Assembly: GCA_051313645.2 (NCBI GenBank)
Contig: JBNRSN020000034.1
Coordinates: forward strand, 24,056,001-24,120,000
Direction: 5' to 3'
From: Centroscyllium fabricii
Taxonomy: Eukaryota
Length of the DNA: 64,000 nt
Shown here: in pieces, positions 38,801 through 50,823 of the stretch
Layout of the letters: each line of letters begins with the position of its first letter
How positions within the stretch are numbered: the stretch's first letter is position 1
Position numbers and translations under genes: made by a program
Notes under the pieces: generated by a model
Told to the model about the DNA's origin: nothing
Database searches by the model: none
The model's input: the letters and a program-made list of their open reading frames with translations, nothing else

Positions 38801-41329
38801 TTTAAATGTGGACATATGATTTAATAATGGAATTATAAAATAAGGACAGAATGTGTGACTTTAAAATGGCAACTAACTAAAACATGCAGGACCTGTTCCA
38901 ATTCTCTAACCTTGCTTTACCTGCAGAGTGAAGTGATCTGACATATTTCAATGTGATATGATGGTATTTTTAAAAATTAATTCTCGGGAAATGGACATTG
39001 CTGGCAAGTCCTACATTTATTGCCCATCCCTAGTTGCTGTTAAGAAAGTGGTAGTGGTGGCCTGCTAGAGTCCGTGTGTTGAAGGTACTCCCACAGTGAG
39101 GGAGGGAGTTCCATGATTTTGAGCCAGCAACGATGAAGGAACGGCGATATACTTCCAGGCCGAGATGGTGTGTGACTTGGAGGGGAACTTGTATTTTATC
39201 TTCTTATTTATTTTAAATACTGAAATTCTACTCTTGATAGAGATTTGCGTTAAAAAAATTAATATGGGTCGAACATCTCATCTCCCGCCTCATTTATAAT
39301 TATAATGAAAACACAGAGGAGTTGAAATTCAACTTCAGCGGGGACACAGAGCAGACAGTAAAGGATCGACCGTTCGTTATATACCAAATCCGATTTTACT
39401 TACCATCGGCGTCAATGGAAAGGAAATTTGGGCGGGGTGTATAACGGACAGCTGATCCGTTACTTCACTCCCAAACTATTCAAAGGTAAGTAAGACTTTT
39501 GTCTGTGTTGGGTGAATGGCCTGATCACAGTTTAGCTTCTGACTCTGGGAAGGCAATTAGAAGCTGACAGCAGTGTCTTGTCACCACGTGTCCCGGAGTG
39601 TGTGTGCTCCACCTCCCCCTACTTCAAGAACTAACCACGTTCTCCAGGTGCAATGTGTTGGAAATATCAGCATATCAGCAAACAGCCCAAGTGCTTTTGT
39701 AGCTTTGCCTCCTTATTTTGAAAGAAAAATTGAAAGGTATTTGCAAAAGCAATAGCCCATGGAAACTGGAATATGATTCCCAATGTGAACATGTGTGATT
39801 TTAATATCTCAGTCAGTGAGTTACCTGGGTTAAAAGATCTTACAGCTGAAAGCAATTTACTTTAGCAGAGATTAACAGAAAGCAAGTACAATAAAAAATA
39901 AATATGGTTTTATTAACTTTAAGGTCTGTAACCCCCCTTTCCCTGCTCTGTTTAATAGGTGGAGTTTTTACATACGTTTTTTTCCTTCCTCTCCTAACAG
40001 TGCAGGCTTGTGATGTGGTAATTTCACAGGTACAGACCATCCTCCTAAATCTCACAAAGTGAACCTGCTTCACATGTGAGGCGAGGCGGTGAATATTGGT
40101 GGGCTATTAATCGCTGGCAGCAGGTGGCAGCCGATCTCATCTTCATCCACAATATCCATACAAGTGCACACTCCGGCAGAAGTGAATGGACTCTGACCAG
40201 GAGCGGAAATGCTGACCAATATTTTTCCCCTCCCTAAACCCCGGGAGGCTGAGGGCAATTGGAGTGTGAACCTACTGTCCGTCCTAGATCAGCATAAGAC
40301 TAGGAAGCAAATTTGGGATGTGCCTGGACTGCATGGCTTAGTACCATAGAGAGTCCTAACTTTATAATTAATTGTACCAGAAAGACCTTAATTATTGTTC
40401 CAGTGTAACAACTACTTGCATTTATATAGGTTGGGGAAATTTCCAGAAAAGATATGGCTGTGTGATGCTCCTCATGGTTGAATAACCTGCGACCATCCAC
40501 TAGACTCAAACGTGGAAGGGTGACCAGTAACTGTGCAACTGCATCCCAGTGAATTTCAGTATCTTCAGGGGTGAGGAATGGAGGTAGAAAATTGGAAGGG
40601 GAGAGAAATCTCGGGGGCTGAAATCCATTTTGGGAGGTAACGCAAATTGTGCGATAGTGAATCAGCAGCATGTTTTACGCTCCACCTGATATTCTTTTCA
40701 GTTGTTGGAAAAGATTCGCTAGCGTCCGTTTTGCGCTACCGCCAAGGTAAATTTTGCGCCTCCACCTCCCCACCTTAATCTCAAGAGTTTTGAGTATACG
40801 TTGCGTTTCCAGACTCCAGAATACACATGGAGATCTGGTTCTATTCCAGATTTTACAGCACAGGACATTCAGCTCTAGCCATCAGGCATTTACTAATGGG
40901 AAAATTAACAGCATTAAAAAAATACATGAGGTTCAAATTATTCAACTCATTAAAAATTGCAGATAACAAATTGTTCTCTTTGTCCCTTCTCTCATTCCAA
41001 TTGATAATGCTGAGACTTAAAAAACAATGTCACTTGTGAAAATATTAATTAATTGAGATTGTACCATTCTGTTTTGCAGAATGTAAAAGACACACTTTGT
41101 ATTTTACAAGGTTTGACTGACCATGCACCCATATAATCAAATGATGGATCTGCTTGTAAACACACCAAGATAAACCTTGAATATCGCCATCTGCAATTCA
41201 GTTTCAAAAACAATGGTTAATATTGAATAATTATTCATATTTTCTTGTCTATTTCTATTATATGAATCCTTTTGTTTGTAAGTGTTGATGATTATCTGAG
41301 ATGAGTTCCTGATCCTAACAATGTGAGGG

Positions 41330-41750
41330 AGCTGGATTAACATCAGCAGAGATACTGTCAGTAAAACAGGGCGTTGGGGGAGTGGGGTTACTGAGTGACA
41401 GTGTGAGGATGCTGGATTAACATCAGTAGAAATACAGTCAGTGACACAGGGTACTGGGTGGGATTACTGGGTGACAGTGTGAGGGTGCGAGATTAACATC
41501 AGTAGAGATACAGTCAGTGACACAGGGTACTGGGTGGGATTACTGATTGACAGTGTGAGGATGCTGGATTAACATCAGTAGAAATATAGTCAGTGACACA
41601 GGGTACTGGGTGGGATTACTGGGTGACAGTGTGAGGGAGCTGGATTAACATCAGTGGAGATACAGTCGGTAACACAGGACCCGGGGTAGAAGGCTACTGA
41701 GTCTGACAATAGGAGAGAGCTGGAATATCAGGAGAGATACAAACCTAGGA
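41330..41750. repeat. Tandem repeat, about 77-bp unit, about 5 copies
   Basis: GCTGGATTAACATCAGTAGA...GACACAGGGTACTGGGTGGGATTACTG...GACAGTGTGAGG. Confidence 0.9.
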
Positions 41751-41873
41751 ATTACTGTTTGCAGTGTAACCCATCTTTCCGCGGTGATGACTGTATCTCT
41801 GTTGATGTTAATGTAGCTCTCTCACACTGCCAGGCTCAGGAACTCCTCCCAGCCAAGTCCCCCAATATCATTA

Positions 41874-42649
41874 AGGCCCTGTCACACCTTGACGTTTTAG
41901 CCAGCGTATGCAAATTTGGCGAAAACGCTGGGTTACGTCGGATACGTTATGGGTACGTTTTGCATACGTTAAGAGCACGCTGGCATACGCTGGCCATAAG
42001 TTGCATACGTCGTTGTACTCCGAGTAAGTCGAGAAATTTTGAGCATGCACAAAATTTCTCGACGTACCTTGCATATGATTCACACGTTCCGCATACGCTG
42101 GCCATACGTTGTAGGCACGTTAGGCGATCGTTGACACACGTCGACACACGTTACTTGTAAGTTAGTCATAAGTCAAAATACGTCGAGATAATGTCTAGCG
42201 TACCCGGAACTTATTTCTAACCTATGAGTAACGTGCTTTGAACCTATGTGTAACGTATCTCCAACGCATATTGACGTATTTGACGTCTTCCGGACGACCA
42301 CAGAACTTATGCCCCTGTCATGCCCTGTCACACCTTGACGATTTAGCTAGCGTATGCCGACGTATCAAAATTTATCTAAAACGTCGGCGATACGCTGCCG
42401 TTAGACTATGCATACGTTAGACTATCGTTGGGCATAAGTTGTGAACGCCGACAACACGCTAAGCATTCGTTGGTATAAGTTATCTGTAAGTTATCGATAC
42501 GTTCTGTGTACGTTACTAATACGTTATGCATACGTCCAACTCGTTATGAATACGCTATTATACGCCCAAAACTGAAAAAAACATCGATAGTTCAGCGTTT
42601 TAGCCAAATTTGCATACGCTGGCTAAAACATCAAGGTGTGACAGGGCCT
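41874..42649 (+). mobile_element. Composite Harbinger MITE of the 61094 family, with an internal third TIR at about 42320
   Basis: TIR AGGCCCTGTCACACCTTGA; left arm matches 61094-61515; flanks TTA / TAA. Confidence 0.92.
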
Positions 42650-44259
42650 TAATTAACACTAACTGCTTAAATTAAAATATTCAAAAGGGAATAAATAGAA
42701 TTTAAAAAGCACATTAAAAGTTAACCACTCATTGCGAACTGTTTTGTTTTTAAATGGACCATTTTTGTGATACCCAGTATCTTGCTGGTCTTATTAATGA
42801 TGGTGGGTGCCACTCTCATTGTAAGTCTGTCTTCACCAATCAGTGTATTTGCTTAAACTCTTTTTGAAATGCTGAACTTCAACTTATTGATACATTACTG
42901 CTTCTGTGAAGAACTTCAACTTATTGATACATTACTGCTTCTGTGAATAAACAAGACTGTACATATTCTGTCATAATCACTGAACGGGCACAGAAATATT
43001 AGCACGGAGAGACTTTGGTGGGTTAAGTGGCTTTTGAAAGCCTTTTCACCAAGCCTGACTTGACAGTTCTCCAGCTCTGAGTGTTCAGCCTTGTTCAGAC
43101 AGCCCTGATGGACCCCAGTCATACAGGGAGACCGTTCTGACGCTTCCCACTTATGACATGATTGATTTTCTTTCAGCGGCCCTTCACTCAGGTCCTGGCG
43201 GTACCTGCCTGACTGAACCCCCGGCTCATTCTGACCTCGACATATGGCCGACTGTGCTGCTCAGAACTGATGACGGCAGAGTACTAAGAAAATCAATAGC
43301 ACCTGTCAGTCAGCACCGAAACAAACAGCTTTAAAAAAACAATCACGACACAGGCTGTCGCACAGCACTTCCAAGCTCTACACTTGAGAAATCAGCAAAT
43401 TCCCTTATTTCGTTCCCACTGTCCCTATTCTCTGCTTTACTATAATAGCCATGTTATGCAAGAACACTGTTACTTTACTGTAAGCGATCCAGTGTGCTTT
43501 TATTTTCCCTTTCCTCCTCTCATCTCCAAGTCAATCAACCTTAGCTCCTCACACTTTCGGCCAAGACCCTATAAAGATTGATCCATTTCTAACCTACTTC
43601 AGAGGTGGTTTTAAGAAGGATCAGTTTAAAGTGCACCACGTTCTTGTGTCGAATGAGTGCAAGCACAGCCATTGGAAAGACAATACACCCCCTCTCGCTG
43701 GGTACATTTGCACATTTCGGTTTTTTTTAATTGTCCTTTTTTATCCTCCAATTTCCCCCCTCCTCGTCCTTTCGCTTTGCAAAGATCCTGGCTCGTAATG
43801 GTGTGCATTCCACAGGCGACCTTAACACTCCGATTGATAGTGAATGTTGGCAGGTCATTCAACCGTGGAAGGTGTCATGGCCGAGCCTGATTATGTCCTC
43901 ACCAATTGGCCAACATGCCCAATTTCCAGAAGGAGTCACGGGATAACGATTAGCGAGAGCAAACCTTGGCTGATTGTTCCTTTTCCCTGGTCGAGTGGGG
44001 TGCTGAGGTCAATTTTAGCACTTCTACTGGTGTCACGGCAGAGGATGAACCGTGGTAGATTGTGTAAATTAAATAAATAGGACCTATGTGTTGTTGAATC
44101 TAACTGGCGTCTGATAATTGGAGGTCCTACAGAGGAAGGAACTGTGTCCAGCTGGACCCTGCTATGGATAAACTCCAAGGCCATATACAATCCCAAGGTG
44201 GACCAGATTTCCTACCTACCACTGTAAAAAAAATCCGAGCTACCCAAACAAGTCATGCA

Positions 44260-44640
44260 CCGCCCAATGTGGCACTGAACCACATAGGTCCAGAAGGCCT
44301 CAGATTCAATCTCTCGTCTGCGCTAATCTCAGCCAGGCTAACAGCAGCAACACGACAACTGGCCTCACTGCGCTTCAGATGCTGAAGAAGGGAAAAATAC
44401 CAATCAGGGTTTTGCCCTCTTGAATGCTGGAAGGAGCACATGCATAGACATTGGGCGAGGACATGATTGGGCATAGGTGTGATCCTTCGCCCCTACCTCC
44501 CACCACCCCATGGTCAAATACCCTGTCAAAACTCAATAATTAAGACTCACACATGAAGGGTGACATCTATTAGGATGTGCCCATGGAACCGTACGCCAGT
44601 AACAGTTGGCGCCTTCCACCAAGGAGAACAAGAACAAAAA
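44260..44640 (+). mobile_element. LF-SINE-like element
   Basis: GGCCTCA...GGGAAAAATACCAATCAGGGTT...CTCACACATGAAG...CCCATGGAACCGTAC. Confidence 0.65.
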
Positions 44641-44674
44641 TAAAGAATGATCCATTTTACAAAGAAAAATGAAA

Positions 44675-45045
44675 ATGAATTTGCATTTATACAGCACCTT
44701 TCAAGCCTCAGGACGTCCCAAAGTGCTTTACAGCCAATGAAGTACTTTTTGATGTGTAGTCACTGTTGTAATGTCGGGAATGCGGCAGCTAATTTGTGCA
44801 CAGCAAGCTCCCACAAACAGCAATGTGATGATGAGCAGATAATCTGTTTTAATTGTTGGTTGAAGGATGAATATTGGCCAGGACACCAGGGATAACTCCC
44901 CTGCTCTTCTTTGAAATAGTGCCAGGGCACCTTTTACATCAACCTGAGGGAGCAGAGGGGGTCTCGGTTTAACGTCTCATCTGAAAGACAGCACCTCCGT
45001 CAGTGCAGCACCCCCTCAGCACTGCATTGAAATATCAGCCTGAGT
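44675..45045 (-). mobile_element. SacSINE1/DeuSINE-like SINE
   Basis: Reverse complement of the copy at 34530. Confidence 0.82.
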
Positions 45046-45155
45046 TATTTTAAGTCCTGCTGCATAAAAATAACTTTCCTATAGTGCGACAATCCTCCCC
45101 CAAGCATACATACAAGGTTGGTTTTTAATCTGCAAACTAACAGAACAAAATCTTT

Positions 45156-45925
45156 GAGTTTGAAATTGTCACCTTAGCGCCGGCCGATTAGCGGCGGAAA
45201 ATGGGTGCAGGAGGGTTTTGCGCTGAGCGCAAGAAATTTTGCGCCAGGCGCTAAATTCGCCACCCGACTAGCGTCGGTGCTAACTGTTGCGATCGGCAAT
45301 CGTCGTGCAAATCCGAGTGCAATGCCCGCCCGCCGGGCTGCGCCCGATATTCGCCGTTGCTCCAGTCCCCCCGGCGCAGCGCTGCCAGTGCCAGCTTTGA
45401 CAAGCGCTGCTGAGGGTCTGAGTGGCCACTGCAGCGCTGCTCAAAGGGTGACCCTCCCTTTCCTCGGTAACCTCTTCGGCCCGAGATTGGCCAGATGCTG
45501 CGGGAGGGGGGTCAGCCTGAGATCAGCCAGTTGCTGAGGGGGGTCGGGTGGCCCGAGATCGGTCAGTTGCTGAGGGGGGTCAGGCGGCCCGAGATCGGGC
45601 AGATGATGAGGGGGGTTGGGCGGCCCGAGATCGGGCAGATAATGAGGGGGGTTGGGCGAGATCGGGGAGATGATGAGGGAGGGGTGCCGACACATCATAC
45701 ACTGTTTAACCTACCCCTTTTAGACCTGTCCGGCCCCAGAGTTCATGGGAAAGCAAGGAGTTGATGAAGGAGCGCTGCGCCCACGATCGGCAATTAGCGC
45801 CACAAAATTGGGCGTTTGTACTCGTGCAATGCTAGAATTAGCACCGCAATCTGCAAGGCCGGCACTCATTTTTGCGCAGCGTTAATTTTAGCACCCCAAT
45901 TCATGCGCTCACGAATTTCGCACCC
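45156..45925. mobile_element. Harbinger-like non-autonomous element with an internal 36-bp tandem repeat (45480-45680)
   Basis: Degenerate termini GAGTTTGAAATT / AATTTCGCACCC, TTT on both flanks, CpG-rich. Confidence 0.55.
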
Positions 45926-46634
45926 TTTGTGTTTCTCAAGTGATGAAATCAACTGGTACAGGTACTAAGTTTAAAAAATGTTTGCACAATATTCCACTCA
46001 ATATAATTTCAGATAGGGCATCGCTGCCTCCTCCCATAATTAACTTTTGATGCAGGGGCTCCAACAAAGCCTCCGGGCTGCCTCTGATTTGTATCATCCC
46101 CATAAGCAACATCCATCAATACTAATTCAAGTACACTAGGAATCAATTGGTGCCTGAGAAAACGTCCCCAATAAAAGAATACTCTTTCCCACCAACCCCG
46201 CCGCGCGCACACATTAAGCACATTCCCATTAAGTGGCTTTAACCGTATTTAATTTATCTCAATCTCAAGGGCTCACAAGCGTTCTTGTTCTAAAGCAGGC
46301 ACTGTAACTGTAACTGTAACTGTGGGTGAGGAAATTGGAAGAGGAACAGAAAATGGTAGCAGCATCTGTAAAGAGAAAGGACGAGCTCACGTTTCAGATA
46401 GAGACCCTTTGTCAGATCACTCATTTATGTTAACCCGAATTTTCTGTTTCTGATGTTGAGACACCTGCTCTGGATTTCTAGTATTTAATGTTTCTTTTTT
46501 CCTTTTGGCATAAGAAAAAGCCTTTAATTATCAACTCCCGCCATCTCTCCCCTCGAAGGCCCTGACTAGTGCCAAAGTACGGGCTTGTGTGTTCTGATAT
46601 CCCTCTCAAACCTCAAATAGTGGTGTTTTTACAG

Positions 46635-47085
46635 GGTGTCAGCTGTGGCTTAGTTGGTATCACTCTCGCTTCTGAGTCAGAAGTTCTGGTTCAAGTCCCA
46701 CTCCAGAGACTTGATTACAATCTAGGCTGGCGCTCTAGTAGAGTGCTGCTCTAGTGAAGTGCTGCACTGTTGGAGGCACCGTCTTTCAGATGATACGTTA
46801 AACCAAGGCACCATCTTCCCTCTCAGGTGGACGTAAAAGATCCCATGATGCTATTCGAAAACAAGCTGGGGAGATGTCCCCGGTGTCCTGGTCAACATTT
46901 ACCCTTTAACCAACATCGCTATAAACAGATAGGGTCATTATCACGTTGCTGTTTGTGGGACCTTGCAGTGCGCAAATTGGCTGCCACATATCCTACATTA
47001 CAATAGTGACGACACTTCAGAAGTACTTCACCGACTGAGACTGTGAGAGGCACTAAGTTTCTACAGTTGTGTAAATGTCTTTCTT
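46635..47085 (+). mobile_element. SacSINE1/DeuSINE-like SINE
   Basis: Head GGGTGTCAGCTGTGGCTTAGTTGGTA...GGTTCAAGTCCC and the shared core. Confidence 0.82.
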
Positions 47086-48156
47086 CATATATACACACAC
47101 AGTATATATTAAACAGCACTTTTACAAAAGACATTGCTTTTACAATACAATAAGCTTTACATGCACTCCTGTTAAATGAGTGCCCCTTATAATTGCACAT
47201 GTACCTGTCAGCTTTACACTTAGGAGGGATAGTCTATACATCAATAATTGTGTAACATCACTGACACATTAATAGTACTGTTCTTTTTTCACCCTTAAAA
47301 TGAAGCTTTCGCTCTCCAAGCAGGAATGCTTTGTCATTGTCTTCATGAAACCCATTTTGTGGTGATTCATCGCAGCTATCACACAGTTATCATAGTTGCA
47401 ATTATTAGGATAGCGAACAAAACAGATGGTGCAATTGTCAGGGCTTTATTCAATGAGATATATTGGTTGAACGTACATATAACATTAAGACATCCCCAAT
47501 ATTAATAGCAACAAATAATTCAAAGGAAATTTATAACTCACTGTGGCATTTGGCCATCTCTCACTGCCTGGCAGTGTCACACTGAACTGACTGGCATCTT
47601 ATTTTGTTTACCAGCGAATGTTTATGAAGGTGGCAACTCGTCAGTATCTCCCTTTATTGAAATGTCACAACGGTTCAGTGTGAAGCTGGCAGGTCCGGAG
47701 CCAATGGCCGGAATCATCACTCCAGCCGTTTCATGGTGCGCCGACCAACCTTGCTGTTAGTCTAGAAATGACAACTGTTTCTGAAACGTTCCAGCACCGA
47801 GTGTAGATGTGGATCCAGAAAGGCTGATAGCAGCATCTGCCACAGGTGAAATCTGCTGATCAGACGAGCGATTAGCTTGCATGACAGCTTCACACCAAGT
47901 GTGCAGCAGGCAACCGTTTACTATCAATAATCTGAGCAAGTAGTTTTTGGCTTTTGTTTCAATTATATCCCTTCCATTCCTGAAGGCACTGATTCACACT
48001 GAAAAAACAATCCCATAGGTGCCCTTCAGTGCCTCATACAACTGGCCTGGAGCCTAAATAGTCAATGTCCGCAAGCAATTCTACCATGAAGAACATCACA
48101 TCCAAGCCCAATTCTACCCTCAACCAATATTCACACAAAGACTGTGATCAGGAGTG

Positions 48157-48936
48157 AGCACCCGCAACAACATCCTGCGCAAACTCGCCAACACCAGATG
48201 GGGTGCATGTCCCAAGACACTACGTGCCACAGCCCTTGCCCTCAGCTTCTCTACTGCAGAATATGCCAGCCCAGCGTGGGAAAGATCCACCCATGCTAAA
48301 AAACTGGACCCCGCTCTTAACGAGAGCTGCAGATGTATCACTGGGTGCCTGAAGCCCACTAACACCAACGACCTGTACATCCTGGCAGGTATCGCCCCTC
48401 CAGACATCAGAAGAGCAGTAGCCAGCAGGACAGAGCGGCGCAGGCAAACCACAGATGAGAGGCACCCCCTACATGGCCATGTACCTGCCCCCAGCCGACT
48501 AAAATCACGGAGAAGTTTCCTGACCAGCACTGCTCCACTGGAGACAACACCATCTGAAGCCCGCCTTAAAATGTGGAAGGAAAAGCTGTCCAAACACCCA
48601 CACAGCTCGACTATGCTCATCCCCCCTGCCGAAACCCTCCCACCAGGAGATAACAACTGGGCAAAATGGAAGTGCTTGAACCGACTCCGCTCAGGTGTTG
48701 GCCGTTCCAGGGAAGCCCTAAGCAGATGGGGTTATCTTAGTGGCCCAACCACATGTGACTGTGGCACAGAACCCCAGACCATGGAGCACCTCCTTCGATG
48801 TCCTCTGTTAGGTGGACCCTGCACAGCAAAGGACCTAGCACTCTACAACATCAAGGGACAGCAATGTACCAAGCACTGGTTGGACGTTATATAAGCTGAA
48901 TAGCTTTGTATATGGACACGAAGAAGAAGAAGAAGA
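48157..48936 (+). mobile_element. Vingi/Ingi-like LINE 3' portion with open ORF, TSD AGGAGTG
   Basis: RNNILRKLANTRWGA..TLRATALALSFSTAEYASPAW...CITGCLKPT...LNRLRSG...CDCG..QTMEHLLRCP; (GAA)n tail; AGGAGTG at 48150-48156 and 48937-48943. Confidence 0.78.
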
Positions 48937-49454
48937 AGGAGTGGAAGTGCTGGCTGATTTTTACCCTCCCTATCTCAGGGACACCAATGGTAATCTCCCA
49001 ATACTACCACAGCTGAGATCAACAAACTCAACACGGTCAAGTCGTGACCTACCTGATCTGTATGGTTCAGTCCTACGACACACTGAGCCTTCGGGGTAGC
49101 CCAATACATCCAGCCTCTCCAGTAGCTTTCAGAATACACCAGCAAAGTAAGCGTATTCATCAATCTTCCCTATCAAATAGTGAGCAACACCACTTCTATC
49201 ACCATGTCACCCAGTAAACTAGGTATCAAAACACCAACGCCTTGAAATGACACTACCAGAGTTTTAAGAAAGAACTAGAAATTTCTAGCACCTTTCCTAA
49301 TTTCAGGACCTCATCAAGTACTTCATAGCGAGCAAGGTCCCAGAAAGTAGCAATTAGATAAATGACCAGATAATCTGTTCAGTCATGTTGGTTGAGAGAC
49401 AAGTATTGGTCAGAACACCAAAGGAACTAACCTACTCTTCAAGTACTGCCCATG

Positions 49455-49671
49455 ATGTGGAGGTGCCGGTGTTGGACTGGGGTTGACAAATGTAAGAAGT
49501 CACACAACACCAGGTTATAGTCCAACAATTTTATTTGAAATCACAAGCTTTCGGAGCGCTGCTCCTTCCTCAGGTGAAGTCACTTCACCTGACGAAGGTG
49601 CAGCGCTCTGAAAGCTTGTGATTTCAAATAAAACTGTTGGACTATAACTTGGTGTTACGTGACTTCTTACA
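49455..49671. mobile_element. Penelope-derived palindromic insertion, TSD of about 13 bp
   Basis: Same arms as at 17957 and 21539; TTCAAGTACTGCC at 49438-49450 and 49672-49684. Confidence 0.8.
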
Positions 49672-49712
49672 TTCAAGTACTGCCATGGGATCTTTTACAT
49701 CTATCTGCGAAG

Positions 49713-49985
49713 TAGGGTTGCAAACTCTGATTGGACATATTCCTGGAGGATTTCATCACATGATCTCTCCACCTCCAATCGCCCCGCCCAGTCAGACTGC
49801 CTTTGTTTCCCATCTCCAATATTTTTCAAACTAATAAACAAAAGTATTCATAAAAAATTAAAAAGCACAGGTTTTTTGTTAACATTCCTCTGATTTTTCT
49901 CCCGGGGTCGCTCACAACAGTGTCCTGGAGATTAAATTTTAATTCCCAAAGAATCCAGGACCATTCTGGAGGGTTGGCAAAGCTA
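49713..49985. mobile_element. hAT-type MITE
   Basis: Termini TAGGGTTGCAAAC / GTTGGCAAAGCTA; degenerate 8-bp TSD CTGCGAAG / CTGAGAGG. Confidence 0.75.
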
Positions 49986-50068
49986 CTGAGAGGGCAGATA
50001 GGGCTTCAATTTAACATCTCATCTGAAAGATGGCGCCTGAAGTGTCAGTGTAGATTATGTGTTCAAGT

Positions 50069-50107
<39 letters not shown>

Positions 50108-50215
50108 GGCCGATACATTCAATGTGAAAATGCATCATATTCCGTTTCTTAGTTGCTATATTAAGGAAGGTGCTAACCTATTTCTAATAAACAGGCTACT
50201 GCCTCTATTAAATTA

Positions 50216-50823
50216 TGGGGCTGTCACACCTTGACGTTTTAGCCAGCGTATGCAAATTTGGCGAAAACGCTGGTACACGTCGAATACGTTATGGGTAAGT
50301 TTTGTATATGTTAAGAGCACGCTGGCATACGCTGGCATACGTCGTTGTACTCCGAGTAAGTCGAGAAATTTTGAGCATGAACAAAATTTCTCGACTTATC
50401 CAGCGTATGACTCACACGTCCGCATACGCTGGCCATAAGTTGTAGGCACGTTAGGCACGTTAGGCGATCGTTGACACACGTCGACACACGTTACTTGTAA
50501 GTTAGTCATAAGTCAAAATACGTCGAGATAATGTCTAGCCACGTGATCGTCGGCGAAACGCTGCATAAGTTAGACTATCGTTGGGCATAAGTTGTGAACG
50601 CCGACAACACGCTAAGCATTCGTTGGTATAAGTTATCTGTAAGTTATCGATACGTTCTGTGTACGTTACTAATACGTTATGCATACGTCCAACTCGTTAT
50701 GAATACGCTATTATACGCCCAAAAACTGAAAAAAACATCGATAGTTCAGCGAACGCCAGCGTTTTAGATAAATTTGCATACGTCGGCATGCGCTAGCTAA
50801 TTCGTCAAGGTGTGACAGGGCCT
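50216..50823 (+). mobile_element. Harbinger MITE, internal-deletion derivative of the 61094 element
   Basis: Left arm up to ATAATGTCTAGC joined to the right arm from TGATCGTCGGCGAAACG (compare 63377); flanks TTA / TAA. Confidence 0.92.

Larger units (their letters stand above)
49270..50110 (-). mobile_element. SacSINE1/DeuSINE-like SINE interrupted by two younger insertions
   Basis: SINE pieces rejoin across 49455-49671 and 49713-49985. Confidence 0.7.

Noticed and set aside
41871-42652. TTAA TSD suggesting piggyBac or Kolobok
   Set aside because: Copies at 60523 and 63507 show the terminus is AGGCCC with a 3-bp TWA target, and the parent encodes a Harbinger transposase.
42874-42948. Short tandem duplication (about 38 bp x 2); also 20-bp repeats at 29330-29460 and 31515-31556
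   Set aside because: Ordinary local slippage duplications.
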